A program made the translations under genes and the position numbers. This document shows, one piece after another, positions 37,501-52,500 of a stretch of DNA of 64,000 bases. The first letter of the stretch is position 1; the number at the start of each line of letters is the position of its first letter. The notes below the pieces were generated by a model. That model did not search any database. It saw only the letters and a program-made list of their open reading frames with translations, and was not told the DNA's origin. Origin of the DNA: Octopus sinensis (taxonomy: Eukaryota); NCBI RefSeq assembly GCF_006345805.1, contig NC_043010.1, forward strand, positions 33,294,001 to 33,358,000, written 5' to 3'.

Positions 37501-40500
37501 TTTCCATGACTTCATAATCATACTCATCAGTCAATAGTTTCTGTGTCTTTGAATCCATACTCATCATCATCATCATCATTATTATTATTGCAATCCCTAC
37601 CAAGATCTACTTTGCCATTCACCTCTCCATGGTTAATAAAATAATGTACTTGTCAGTTACAAGGATTGATTTAATTGACTGATCTCTTCCTGCAAACTTC
37701 AGGTTTTGTGCCTATATTAGAAACAATTATTATTATTGGGGATTGGTAAAATCAGTAGAGCATCAAGAAAATTTCTCACAAGTGTTTGCTCTGGCTCTTT
37801 ATGTCCTGAGTTCAAATTCTGCCAATGCCAACTTTGTCTTTCATCCTTTCAGAGTTGACCTTGAACTCACCAATCAAGTAAGTTTAAGGTCAATGGTTTT
37901 GACTAACCTGCTCCCCTCAAAAATGTTGGCCTTGTACCAAAATTAAAATCATTGGTATAGTCTCTCACCAACACTTCTCAGCCTCTGGGTCACAAACATG
38001 CTATTCCCTCACTCTGCATTTTCTACCACTGATACTGTGGTTTCTGCTCTTTGGAGCTGGCTGGTCTCAAGCTAACTTCTCTCATCTCTATCTTACTCTC
38101 CTCTGCCATATTCTGTCTAACTACTATGCCCAAGCCTACTTCACCAGGACATCAGTCTTTTGAAATCTACTTGCTACTCTTCTTTTCCTGGAGTTGTATA
38201 TAAACATAAACCACATTGATCTCATTGGTTTTGGAAGATTTGTCAGATATTCGTAGAGCCCTTCCTCACAGTAAAATTGATAAAAAAGAAACAGCTTAAC
38301 AATTACATTCACTCATTTGTCTCACCCAAATATTCTCCCTAGAGATTACACTCTCCATAATTTCTAGCCAGTTCATAGATGATTTATATAAAGAGCCAGG
38401 CAACAATATATTTTTTATAATTTCTATAAAGAGCCAAGCTGCAATATATTTTTATATATAATTTATGCAAATTTTTCTTTACAGAGAAAAAATTGGCTCA
38501 TGATTATGGAGTTGTTTTCATTTATGGCAGCTGTCTCAACAATGGTAAACCTGATGCCTCAGCTGGATTTGGTGTCTACTGGGGAGACAGAGAAATGTAA
38601 GTTTTTTGTTGTTGTTTTGTTTCTTGTTAGCGCTTGACTAATTAGTCACATAACAACATGGGATGGATGGGGATAGAGCTAGAAATATAGAATGTGGTCC
38701 CCCATTTCTATTTATTCTTTGGGAACAGAAGGATTATTGTGCCTTTATAGATTTGAATTGTTTCAATATATCGCTTAGTAATGTTTCTATAAGCCATAAC
38801 CTATCTGTCTTTTGTATATTTAGGACTACTTTATATAGTTTATCTTTTATGTAAAACAGTAAGGCTGTGATATGATGGGAAGAAACTTAGCAGATTTTCC
38901 TAGGAGATTGAGTGGGCAGAAACAGCAAGGATGAGGGGGAATAATTTCTTTGGCATCAAGGAGGAATTGCAAGTGAAAAAGCATCTGTTGGGGTACATCT
39001 GTGTTGAGGAAAATAAGGAGTCTCCGATTTTACAAATTTATAGTTATGTCACATTAAATTACTCTTTTGGACTTAAGGGTTGAACTTAGTTTTATATGGG
39101 TTTTTTTAGGTTACATCAGTGGCTGGTTTCAAATTTCACCCTCATGTAATGTGTGGTCCATCCATCACATATAGATTCCTTTGTTTGCTCAGTTGAAGAT
39201 TTTGTCAGTGTCAAGAACAACATTGCCTGGACTGAGTTGCAGTATGGTGGTCATATTAAGATAATGGCACCTAATTTACTCCTTTAATTCATGTATATCT
39301 TTGTCATAATAAATATCCCTCACCCCTCATACTCTCCATCACAAATTAACTGGTAAGTCTTCACTTTATGTATTAAAGTTTGTTAAAATGTTGGTTTGTA
39401 TATTGATAGGTGTTTCAGGGTGTGAACATTGTATATACTCTTTTTGTGTATGAATGTGTGTATATAGTGTGTGTAAATGTGTATATTTGTATGTCTGTAA
39501 ATGTGTATCAATCGTATCATTTTTGTGAAACCTGTCTTCCAGTTCGCTTCACTCACCCCTCTCTGCATGTATATTTGTATAAACACAGATTGGGGGGGGG
39601 CTAGTAGTTAGTGTTGAACTTGTGAATGTGAGATCATTTCCTGGACTGGGCTGCTTGTTGTGTTCTTGAGTAAAACATTTTGTCTCACGTTGCTCTGCAA
39701 TCACTTTGACATCTGATGTATGACACATCATCCATCTGTACAAACAGTGTCAATTTCATGGAGGGAGTGACCTAATGTGCAGTACAAACTTTTGATCTCT
39801 ATAAACATCATCTGTGCAGGTGTTTCATTGAGAGTCCATGTATGTACAGACACACATATATTTCTCAGCACTATTTTTAACACAAAAATATGAATCGCTA
39901 TTCTGTTCACATATCTCTTTCTTTCCCCCTCTCTCTCTCTGTTTGTCTTTCTCTGTATAATGACATGTGTATACACATTCACACAGGTATCATCATCATC
40001 ATCATCATCGTTTAACGTCCGCTTTCCGCGCTATCACGGGTTGGACGGTTTGACCGGGTCTGGGAAGCCAGGGGCCGCACCAGGCTCCAGTCTGAATCTG
40101 GCAGAGTTTCTATGGCTGGATGCCCTTCCTAACGCCAACCACTCCGTGATTGGATTGGGTGCTTTTTACGTGCCACCTGCACAGGGGCCGGAGGGTCCGG
40201 CATCGTCACGATCGGTTCGAGCATTTTAACGTGTCAGCGGCACGGGGGCAACGAGGTCCGGGTACTTTGGGGATCGGGTACTTTGGGGATCCAGGGTACT
40301 TTGGGGATCCGGGGTACATAGAATGGGTAGGGGGTATGTGGAATTGCTGCAGAAAGCAGCCGGGTCTTTGTAGTCACAGCATTTATCGTCACTGAGTAAC
40401 GTAATTAGGTAGAGGAAAGAAATACAGATATTCTAGAGTTGAGTTGGGGAGGGGGGGTCCAGTTGAGGCGGGTAATATAGGAGAGCAACCAGTGGGGAAG

Positions 40501-43500
40501 GTTGGGGTAAGGAGGAACGATGGCAGGAAGGGTTGGTGTAGGTTCCTAAGAAATAAAGACATTCGTTATCGTCACTGAGTAACGTTATTAGGTAGAGGAA
40601 AGAAATACAGATATTCTAGAGTTGAGTTGGGGAGGGGGGGTCCAGTTGAGGCGGGTAATATAGGGGAGCAACCAGTGGGGAAGGTTGGGGTAAGGAGGAA
40701 CGATGGCAGGAAGGGTTGGTGTAGGTTCCTAAGAAATAAAAACGTAGGATATTACGAGGCGGGAGGGTGCTAAAGGGGATGGTCGGAATGAGGCAGTGTC
40801 AGGAGGAAGCGTAAGATCGGTGGGCAGTTGATGAGCTATGGCGCTAGCAGCTTGTCTTTTCACAGTGAAAGCATATGAGGAGAAGGGGTAGTGGTGGGAA
40901 AATGAGGGAGTAGGGCGTACCCGGTGTAGATGAGTAAGGCGTATCCGGTGTAGATGGTGAGAACAGGGTATACTGGTATTGGTGGTGGGGGGTGAGAACA
41001 GTGTTCACCGGTATTGGTGGTGGTGGCGGTGAGAACAGTGTTCACCGGCATTGGTGGTGGGGGTGAGAACAGTGTTCATCGGTATTGGTGGTGGGGTGGG
41101 GGGGGCGGGCAAACCGCCAATGGCTGAAAGATGGGAAGAGATGGGATTACGGCTTGAGGTAGCCTAAGGTTAAATTTTGTAGAGAGAGAGATAGGAAAGA
41201 TAAATCAAGTTATGGCGAAGGCTTGAAAGTAGCCTAAAAGGTTAAATTTTCGTAACAATGTATGAAAAACGTAGTAACAACGAATAAAAATAGTAAGATA
41301 AATTTTTAAGAACTTGCTGCGGACATCGATCGGGAGTTGAAATTGAAGAAGAAAGTAAGTTGAATGGGAATTTAAATTGTAGAATCGTAATGGTAATGGC
41401 GATTTTCAAGTTTTAGCATAAGAAGAAGAAGAGGAGGAAAAAGACCGCCAATGGCTGAAAGATGGAAGAGATGGGATTACGGCTTGAGGTAGCCTAAGGT
41501 TAAATTTTGTAGAGAGAGAGATAGGAAAGATAAATCAATTTTGGCGAAGGCTTGAAAGTAGCCTAAAAGGTTAAATTTTCGTAACAATGTATGAATAAAC
41601 GTAGTAACAACGAATAAAAATAGTAAGATAAATTTTTAAGAACTTGCTGCGGACATCGATCGGGAGTTGAAATTGAAGAAAAAAGTAAGTTGAATTGGAA
41701 TTTAAATTGTAGAATCGTAATGGTAATGGCGATTTTCAAGTTTTAGCATAAGAAGAAGAAGAGGAGGAAAAAGACCGCCAATGGCTGAAAGATGGGAAGA
41801 GATGGGATTACGGCTTGAGGTAGCCTAAGGTTAAATTTTGTAGAGAGAGAGATAGGAAAGATAAATCAAGTTATGGCGAAGACTTGAAAGTAGCCTAAAG
41901 GTTAAATTTTCGTAACATGTATGAATAAACGTAGTAACAACGAATAAAAATAGTAAGATAAATTTTTAAGAACTTGCTTGCGGACATCGAACGGAGTTGA
42001 AATTGAAGAAGAAAGTAAGTTGAATTGGGAATTTAAATTGTAGAATCGTAATGGTAATGGCGATTTTCAAGTTTTAGCATAAGAAAGAAGAGAGGAAGAA
42101 GACCGCCAATGCTGAAGATGGGAAGAGATGGGATTACGGCTTGAGGTAGCCTAAGGTTAAATTTGTAGAGAGAGAGATAGGAAAGATAAATCAAGTTATG
42201 GCGAAGGCTTGAAAGTAGCCTAAAGTTAAATTTTCGTAACAATGTATGAATAAACGTAGTAACAACGAATAAAAATAGTAAGATAAATTTTTAAGAACTT
42301 GCTTGCGGACATCGATCGGGAGTGTAAATTGAAGAAGAAAGTAAGTTGAATTGGGAATTTAAATTGTAGAATCGTAATGGTAATGGCGATTTTCAAGTTT
42401 TAGCATAGAGAAGAAGAGGAGGAAAAAGACCGCCAATGGCTGAAAGATGGGAAGAGATGGGATTACGGCTTGAGGTAGCCTAAGGTTAATTTTGTAGAGA
42501 GAGAGATAGGAAATAATCAAGTTATGGCGAAGGCTTGAAGTAGCCAAAGGTTAAATTTTCGTAACAATGTATGAATAAACGAGTAACAACGAATAAAAAT
42601 AGTAAGATAAATTTTTAAGAACTTGCTTGCGGACATCGATCGGGAGTTGAAATTGAAGAAGAAAGTAAGATGAATTGGTAATTTAAATTGTAGAATCGTA
42701 ATGGTAATGGCGATTTTCAAGTTTTAGCATAAGAGAAGAAGAGAGGAAAAAAGACCGCCAATGGCTGAAAGATGGAAGAGATGGGATTACGGCTTGAGGT
42801 AGCCTAAGGTAAATTTTTGTAGAGAGAGATAGGAAAGATAAATCAAGTTATGGCGAAGGCTTGAAAGTAGCCTAAAAGGTTAAATTTTCGTAACAATGTA
42901 TGAATAAACGTAGTAACAACGAATAAAAATAGTAAGATAAATTTTATAAGAACTTGCTGCGACATCGATCGGGAGTTGAAATTGAAGAAGAAAGTAAGTT
43001 GAATGGGAATTTAAATTGTAGAATCGTAATGGTAATGGCGATTTTCAAGTTTTAGCATAAGAAGAAGAGAGGAAAAAAAACCGCCAATGGCTGAAAGATG
43101 GGAAGAGATGGATTACGGCTTGAGGTAGCTAAGGTTAAATTTGTAGAGAGAGAGATAGGAAAGATAAATCAAGTTATGGGGAAGGCTTGAAAGTAGCCTA
43201 AAAGGTTACTTTTCCGTAACAATGTATGAATAAACGTAGTAACAACGAATAAAAATATAAGATAAATTATTAAGAACTTGCTGCGGACATCGATCGGGAG
43301 TTGAAATTGAAGAAGAAAGTAAGTTGAATTGGGAATTTAAATTGTAGAATCGTAATGGTAATGGCGATTTTCAAGTTTTAGCATAAGAAGAAGAAGAGGA
43401 GGAAAAAGACCGCCAATGGCTGAAAGATGGGAAGAGATGGGATTACGGCTTGAGGTAGCCTAAGGTTAAATTTTGTAGAGAGAGAGATAGGAAAGATAAA

Positions 43501-46500
43501 TCAAGTTATGGCGAAGGCTTGAAGTAGCCTAAGGTTAAATTTTCGAAACAATGTATGAATAAACGTAGTAACAACGAATAAAAATAGTAAGATGAATTTT
43601 TAAGAACTTGCTGCGGACATCGATCGGGAGTTGAAATTGAAGAAGAAGGTAAGTTGAATTGGGAATTTAAATTGTAGAATCGTAATGGTAATGGCGATTT
43701 TCAAGTTTTAGCATAAGAAGAAGAAGAGGAGGAAAAGACCGCCAATGGCTGAAAGATGGGAAGAGATGGGATTACGGCTTGAGGTAGCCTAAGGTTAAAT
43801 TTTGTATAGAGAGAGATAGGAAAGATAAATCAAGTTATGGCGAAGGCTTGAAAGTAGCCTAAAAGGTTAAATTTTCGTAACAATGTATGAATAAACGTAG
43901 TAACAACGAATAAAATAGTAAGATAAATTTTTAAGAACTTGCTTGCGGACATCGATCGGGAGTTGAATTGAAGAAGAAAGTAAGTTGAATTGGGAATTTA
44001 AATTGTAGAATCGTAATGGTAATGGCGATTTTCAAGTTTTAGCATAAGAAGAAGAAGAGGAGGAAAAAGACCGCCAATGGCTGAAAGATGGGAAGAGATG
44101 GGATTACGGCTTGAGGTAGCCTAAGGAAATTTTGTAGAGAGAGAGATAGGAAAGATAAATCAAGTTATGGCGAAGGCTTGAAAGTAGCCTAAAAGGTTAA
44201 ATTTTCGTAACAATGTATGAATAAACGTAGTAACAACGAATAAAAATAGTAAGATAATTTTTAAGAACTTGCTGCGGACATCGATCGGGAGTTGAATTGA
44301 AGAAGAAAGTAAGTTGAATTGGGAATTTAAATTGTAGAATCGTAATGGTAATGGCGATTTTCAAGTTTTAGCATAAGAAGAAGAAGAGGAGGAAAAAGAC
44401 CGCCAATGGCTGAAAGATGGGAAGAGATGCGATTACGGCTTGAGGTAGCCTAAGGTTAAATTTTGTAAGAGAGAGATAGGAAAGATAAATCAGTTATGGC
44501 GAAGGCTTGAAAGTAGCCTAAAGGTTAAATTTTCGTAACATGTATGAATAAACGTAGTAACAACGAATAAAAATAGTAAGATAAATTTTTAAGAACTTGC
44601 TGCGGACACGATCGGGAGTTGAAATTGAAGAAGAAAGTAAGTTGAATTGGGAATTTAAATTGTAGAATCGTAATGGTAATGGCGATTTTCAAGTTTTAGC
44701 ATAAGAAGAAGAAGAGAGGAAAAAGACCGCCAATGGCTGAAAGATGGGAAGAGATGGGATTACTGCTTGAGGTAGCCTAGGTTAAATTTTGTAGAGAGAG
44801 AGATAGGAAAGATAAATCAAGTTATGGCGAAGGCTTGAAAGTAGCCTAAAGGTTAAATTTTCGTAACAATGTATGAATAAACGTAGTAACACGAATAAAA
44901 TAGTATAAATTTTTAAACTTGCTGCGGACATCGATCGGGAGTTGAAATTGAAGAAGAAAGTAAGTTGAATGGGAATTTAAATTGTAGAATCGTAATGGTA
45001 ATGGCGATTTTCAAGTTTTAGCATAAGAAGAAAGAGGAGGAAAAAGACCGCCAATGGCTGAAAGATGGGAGAGATGGGATTACGGCTTGAGGTAGCCTAG
45101 GTTAAATTTTGTAGAGAGAGAGATAGAAAGATAAATCAAGTTATGGCGAAGGCTTGAAAGTAGCCTAAAAGGTTAAATTTTCGTAACATGTATGAATAAA
45201 CGTAGTAACAACGAATAAAATATAGATAAATTTTTAAGAACTTGCTGCGGACATCGATCGGGAGTTGAAATTGAAGAAGAAAGTAAGTTGAATTGGGAAT
45301 TTAAATTGTAGAATCGTAATGGTAATGGCGATTTTCAAGTTTTAGCATAAGAAGAAGAAGAGGAGAAAAAGACCGCCAATGGCTGAAGATGGGAAGAATG
45401 GGATTACGGCTTGAGGTAGCCTAAGGTTAAATTTTGTAGAGAGAGAGATAGAAAGATAAATCAAGTTATGGCGAAGGCTTGAAGTAGCCTAAAAGTTAAA
45501 TTTTCGTAACAATGTATGAATAAACGTAGTAACACGAATAAAAATAGTAAGATAAATTTTTAAGAACTTGCTGCGGACATCGATCGGGAGTTGAAATTGA
45601 AGAAGAAAGTAAGTTGAATTGGGAATTTAAATTGTAGAATCGTAATGGTAATGGCGATTTTCAAGTTTTAGCATAAGAGAAGAAGAGGAGGAAAAGACCG
45701 CCAATGGCTGAAAGATGGGAAGAGTTGGATTACGGCTTGAGGTAGCCTAAGTTAAATTTTGTAGAGAGAGAGATAGGAAAGATAATCAGTTATGGCGAAG
45801 GCTTGAAAGTAGCCTAAAAGGTTAATTTTCGTAACAATGTATGAATAAACGTAGTAACAACGAATAAAATAGTAAGATAAATTTTTAAGAACTTGCTGCG
45901 GACATCGATCGGGAGTTGAAATTGAAGAAGAAGGTAAGTTGAATTGGGAATTTAAATTGTAGAATCGTAATGGTAATGGCGATTTTCAAGTTTTAGCATA
46001 AGAAGAAGAAGGGAGGAAAAAGACCGCCAATGGCTGAAAGATGGGAAGAGATGGGATTACGGCTTGAGGTAGCCTAAGGTTAAATTTGTAGAGAGAGAGA
46101 TAGGAAAGATAATCAAGTTATGGCGAAGGCTTGAAAGTAGCCTAAAAGTTAATTTTCGTAACAATGTATGAATAAACGTAGTAACAACGAATAAAATAGT
46201 AAGATAAATTTTTAAGAACTTGCTTGCGACACATCGATCGGGAGTTGAAATTGAAGAAGAAAGTAAGATGAATTGGGAATTTAAGTTGTAGAATCGTAAT
46301 GGTAATGGCGATTTTCAAGTTTTAGCATAAGAAGAAGAAGAGGAGGAAAAAGACCGCCAATGGCTGAAAGATGGAAGAGATGGGATTACGGCTTGAGGTA
46401 GCCTAAGGTTAATTTTTTGTAGAGAGAGAGATAGGAAAGATAAATCAAGTTATGGCGAAGGCTTGAAAGTAGCCTAAAAGGTTAAATTTTCGTACAATGT

Positions 46501-49500
46501 ATGAATAAACGTAGTAACAACGAATAAAATAGTAAGATAAATTTTTAAGAACTTGCTTGCGGACATCGATCGGGAGTTGAAATTGAAGAAGAAAGTAAGT
46601 TGAATTGGGAATTTAAATTGTAGAATCGTAATGGTAATGGCGATTTTCAAGTTTTAGCATAAGAAGAAGAAGAGAGGAAAAAGACCGCCAATGGCTGAAA
46701 GATGGGAAGAGATGGGATTACGGCTTGAGGTAGCCTAAGTTTAAATTTTGTAGAGAGAGAGATAGGAAAGATAAATCAAGTTATGGCGAAGGCTTGAAAG
46801 TAGCCTAAAAGGTTAATTTTCGTAACAATGTATGAATAAACGTAGTAACAACGAATAAAAATAGTAAGATAAATTTTTAAGAACTTGCTTGCGGACATCG
46901 ATCGGGAGTTGAAATTGAAGAGAAAGTAAGATGAATTGGGATTTAAGTTGTAGAATCGTAATGGTAATGGCGATTTTCAAGTTTTAGCATAAGAAGAAGA
47001 AGAGGAAAAAGACCGCCAATGGCTGAAAGATGGGAAGAGATGCGATTACGGCTTGAGGTAGCCTAAGGTTAAATTGTTAGAGAGAGAGATAGGAAGATAA
47101 ATCAAGTTATGGCGAAGGCTTGAAAGTAGCCTAAAAGGTAAATTTTCGTAACAATGTATGAATAACGTAGTAACAACGAATAAAATAGTAAGATAAATTT
47201 TTAAGAACTGCTGCGGACATCGATCGGGAGTTGAAATTGAAGAAGAAAGTAAGTTGAATTGGGAATTTAAATTGTAGAATCGTAATGGTAATGGCGATTT
47301 TCAAGTTTTAGCATAAGAAGAAGAAGAGGAGGAAAAAGACCGCCAATGGCTGAAAGATGGGAAGAGATGGGATTACGGCTTGAGGTAGCCTAAGGTTAAA
47401 TTTGTAGAGAGAGATAGGAAAGATAAATCAAGTTATGGCGAAGGCTTGAAAGTAGCCTAAAAGGTTAAATTTTCCAAACAATGTATGAATAACGTAGTAA
47501 CAACGAATAAAAATAGTAAGATAAATTTTTAAGAACTTGCTGCGGACATCGATCGGGAGTTGAAATTGAAGAAAGGTAAGTTGAATTGGGAATTTAAATT
47601 GTAGAATCGTAATGGTAATGGCGATTTTCAAGTTTTAGCATAAGAAGAAGAGAGGAGGAAAAAGACCGCCAATGGCTGAAAGATGGGAAGAGATGGGATT
47701 ACGGCTTGAGGTAGCCTAAGGTTAAATTTGTAGAGAGAGAGATAGGAAAGATAAATCAAGTTATGGCGAAGCTTGAAAGTAGCCTAAAAGGTTAAATTTT
47801 CGTAACAATGTATGAATAAACGTAGTAACAACGAATAAAAATAGTAAGATAAATTTTTAAGAACTTGCTGCGCGGACATCGATCGGGAGTTGAAATTGAA
47901 GAAGAAAGTAAGTTGAATTGGGAATTTAAATTGTAGAATCGTAATGGTAATGGCGATTTTCAAGTTTTAGCATAAGAAAGAAGAGGAGGAAAAAGACCGC
48001 CAATGGCTGAAAGATGGGAAGAGTTTGGATTACGGCTTGAGGTAGCCTAAGGTTGAATTTTGTAGAGAGAGAGATAGGAAGATAAATCAAGTTATTGCGA
48101 AGGCTTGAAAGTAGCCTAAAAGGTTAAATTTTCGTAACAATGTATGAATAACGTAGTAACAACGAATAAAATAGTAAGATGAATTTTAAGAACTTGCTGC
48201 GGACATCGATCGGAGTTGAAATTGAAGAAGAAAGTAAGTTGAATTGGGAATTTAAATTGTAGAATCGTAATGGTAATGGCGATTTTCAAGTTTTAGCATA
48301 AGAAGAAGAAAGGAGGAAAAAACCGCCAATGGCTGAAAGATGGGAAGTTTGGGATTACGGCTTGAGGTAGCCTAAGGTTAAATTTTGTAGAGAGAGAGAT
48401 AGGAAAGATAAATCAAGTTATGGCGAAGGCTTGAAAGTAGCCTAAAAGGTTAAATTTTCGTACAATGTATGAATAAACGTAGTAACAACGAATAAAAATA
48501 GTAAGATAATTTTTAAGAACTTGCTGCGGACATCGATCGGGAGTTGAAATTGAAGAAGAGTAAGTTGAATTGGGAATTTAAATTGTAGATCGTAATGTAA
48601 TGGTGGCGATTTTTAAGTTTTAGCATAAGAAGAAGAAGAGGAGAAAAAGACCGCCAATGGCTGAAAGATGGGAAGAGATGGGATTACGGCTTGAGGTAGC
48701 CTAAGGTTAAATTTTGTAGAGAGAGAGATAGAAAGATAAATCAAGTTATGGCGAAGGCTTGAAAGTAGCCTAAAAGGTTAAATTTTCGTAACAATGTATG
48801 AATAAACGTTAGTAACAACGAATAAAATAGTAAGATAATTTTTAAGAACTTGCTTGCGGACATCGATCGGGAGTTGAAATTGAAGAAGAAAGTAATTTGA
48901 ATTGGGAATTTAAATTGTAGAATCGTAATGGTAATGGCGATTTTCAAGTTTTAGCATAAGAAGAAGAAGAGGAGGAAAAGACCGCCAATGGCTGAAAGAT
49001 GGGAAGAGATGGGATTACGGCTTGAGGTAGCCTAAGGTTAAATTTTGTAGAGAGAGAGATAGGAAAGATAAATCAAGTTATGGCGAAGGCTTGAAAGTAG
49101 CCTAAAAGGTTAAATTTTCGTAACAATGTATGAATAAACGTAGTAACAACGAATAAAAATAGTAAGATAATTTTTAAGAACTTGCTTGCGGACATCGATC
49201 GGGAGTTGAAATTGAAGAAGAAAGTAAGTTGAATTGGGAATTTAAATTGTAGAATCGTAATGGTAACGGCGATTTTCAAGTTTTAGCATAGAAGAAGAAG
49301 AGGAGGAAAAAACCGCCAATGGCTGAAAGTGGGAAGAGATGGGATTACGGCTTGATGTAGCCTAAGGTTAAATTTTGTAGAGAGAGAGATAGAAAGATAA
49401 ATCAAGTTATGGCGAGGCTTGAAAGTAGCCTAAAAGGTTAAATTTTCGTAACAATGTATGATAAACGTAGTACAACGAATAAAATAGTAAGATAAATTTT

Positions 49501-52500
49501 AAGATCTTGCTGCGGACATCGATCGGGAGTTGAAATTGAAGAAGAAAGTAAGTTGAATTGGAATTTAAATTGTAGAATCGTAATGGTAATGGCGATTTTC
49601 AAGTTTTAGCATAAGAAGAAGAAGAGGAGGAAAAAGACCGCCAATGGCTGAAAGATGGAAGAGTTTGGATTACGGCTTGAGTGCCTAAGGTTAAATTTTG
49701 TAGAGAGAGAGATAGGAAAGATAAATCAAGTTATGGCGAAGGCTTGAAAGTAGCCTAAAAGGTTAAATTTTCGTCAATGTATGAATAAACGTAGTAACAA
49801 CGAATAAAAATAGTAAGATAATTTTTAAGAACTTGCTGCGGACATCGATCGAGTTGAAATTGAAGAAGAAAGTAAGTTGAATTGGGATTTAAATTAAGAA
49901 TCGTAATGGTAATGGCGATTTTCAAGTTTTAGCATAAGAAAGAATAGGAGGAAAAAGACCGCCAATGGCTGAAAGATGGAAGATGGGATTACGGCTTGAG
50001 GTAGCCTAAGGTTAAATTTTGTAGAGAGAGAGATAGGAAAGATAAATCAAGTTATGGCGAAGGCTTGAAAGTAGCCTAAAAGGTTAAATTTTCGTAACAA
50101 TGTATGAATAAACGTAGTAACAACGAATAAAAATAGTACGATAAATTTTTAAGAACTTGCTGCGGACATCGATCGGGAGTTGAAATTGAAGAAGAAAGTA
50201 AGTTGAATTGGGAATTTAAATTGTAGAATCGTAATGGTAATGGCGATTTTCAAGTTTTAGCATAAGAAGAAGAAGAGGAGGAAAAAGACCGCCAATGGCT
50301 GAAAGATGGGAAGAGTTTGGATTACGGCTTGAGGTAGCCTAAGGTTAAATTTTGTAGAGAGAGAGATAGGAAAGATAAATCAAGTTATGGCGAAGGCTTG
50401 AAAGTAGCCTAAAGGTTAATTTTCGTAACAATGTATGAATAAACGTAGTAACAACGAATAAAAATAGTAAGATAAATTTTTAAGAACTTGCTGCGGACAT
50501 CGATCGGGAGTTGAAATTGAAGAAGAAAGTAAGTTGAATTGGGAATTTAAATTGTAGAATCGTAATGGTAATGGCGATTTTCAAGTTTTAGCATAAGAAG
50601 AAGAAGAGGAGGAAAAAACCGCCAATGGCTGAAAGATGGGAAGAGGGATTACGGCTGAGGTACCCTAAGGTTAAATTTTGTAGAGAGAGATAGGAAGATA
50701 AATCAAGTTATGGCGAAGGCTTGAAAGTAGCCTAAAAGGTTAAATTTTCGTAACAATGTATGAATAAACGTAGTACAACGAATAAAAATAGTAAGATAAA
50801 TTTTTAAGAACTTGCTTGCGGACATCGATCGGGAGTTGAAATTGAAGAAAAAGTAATTTGAATTGGGAATTTAAATTGTAGAATCGTAATGGTAATGGCG
50901 ATTTTCAAGTTTTAGCATAAGAAGAAGAAGAGGAGGAAAAGACCGCCAATGGCTGAAAGATGGGAAGAGATGGGATTACGGCTTGATGTAGCCTAAGGTT
51001 AAATTTTGTAGAGAGAGAGATAGGAAAGATAAATCAAGTTATGGCGAAGGCTTGAAAGTAGCCTAAAAGGTTAAATTTTCGTAACAATGTATGAATAAAC
51101 GTAGTAACAACGAATAAAAATAGTAAGATAATTTTAAGATCTTGCTGCGGACATCGATCGGGAGTTGAAATTGAAGAAGAAAGTAAGTTGAATTGGGAAT
51201 TTAAATTGTAGAATCGTAATGGTAATGGCGATTTTCAAGTTTTAGCATAAGAAGAAGAAGAGGAGGAAAAAGACCGCCAATGGCTGAAAGATGGGAAGAG
51301 ATGGGATTACGGCTTGAGGTAGCCTAAGGTTAATTTTGTAGAGAGAGAGATAGGAAAGATAAATCAAGTTATGGCGAAGGCTTGAAAGTAGCCTAAAAGG
51401 TTAAATTTTCGTAACAATGTATGAATAAACGTAGTAACAACGAATAAATAGTAAGATAAATTTTTAAGAACTTGCTGCGGACATCGATCGGGAGTTGAAA
51501 TTGAAGAAGAAAGTAAGTTGAATAGGGAATTTAAATTGTAGAATCGTAATGGTAAGAGGAGGAAAAAGACCGCCAATGGCAGAAAGATGGGAAGAGATGG
51601 GATTACGGCTTGAGGTAGCCTAAGGTTAAATTTTGTAGAGAGAGAGATAGAAAGATAAATCAAGTTATGGCGAAGGCTTGAAAGTAGCCTAAAAGGTTAA
51701 ATTTTCGTAACAATGTATGAATAAACGTAGTAACAACGAATAAAATAGTAAGATAAATTTTTAAGAACTTGCTGCGGACATCGATCGGGAGTTGAAATTG
51801 AAGGAGAAAGTAAGTTGAATTGGGATTTAAATTGTAGAATCGTAATGGTAATGGCGATTTTCAAGTTTTAGCATAAGAAGAAGAAGAGGAGGAAAACCGC
51901 CAATGGCTGAAAGATGGGAAGAGATGGGATTACGGCTTGAGGTAGCCTAAGGTTAAATTTTGTAGAGAGAGAGATAGGAAAGATAAATCAAGTTATGGCG
52001 AAGGCTTGAAAGTAGCCTAAAAGGTTAAATTTTCGTAACAATGTATGAATATGTAGTAACAACGAATAAAATAGTAAGATAAATTTTTAAGAACTTGCTT
52101 GCTGACATCGATCGGGAGTTGAAATTGAAGTAGAAAGTAAGTTGAATTGGGAATTTAAATTGTAGAATCGTAATGGTAATGGCGATTTTCAAGTTTTAGC
52201 ATAAGAAGAAGAAGAGGAAAAAGACCGCCAATGGCTGAAAGATGGAAGAGATGGGATTACGGCTTGAGGTAGCCTAAGGTTAAATTTTGTAGAGAGAGAG
52301 ATAGGAAGATAATCAAGTTATGGCGAAGCTTGAAAGTAGCCTAAAAGGTTAAATTTTCGTAACAATGTATGAATAAACGTAGTAACACGAATAAAAATAG
52401 TAAGATAAATTTTTAAGACTTGCTGCGGACATCGATCGGGAGTTGAAATTGAAGAAGAAAGTAAGTTGAATTGGGAATTTAAATTGTAGAATCGTAATGG

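Noticed and set aside
40955-41095. CRISPR-like palindromic 35-bp repeats
   Set aside because: The units are contiguous with no unique spacers, the context is eukaryotic, and there are no cas genes.
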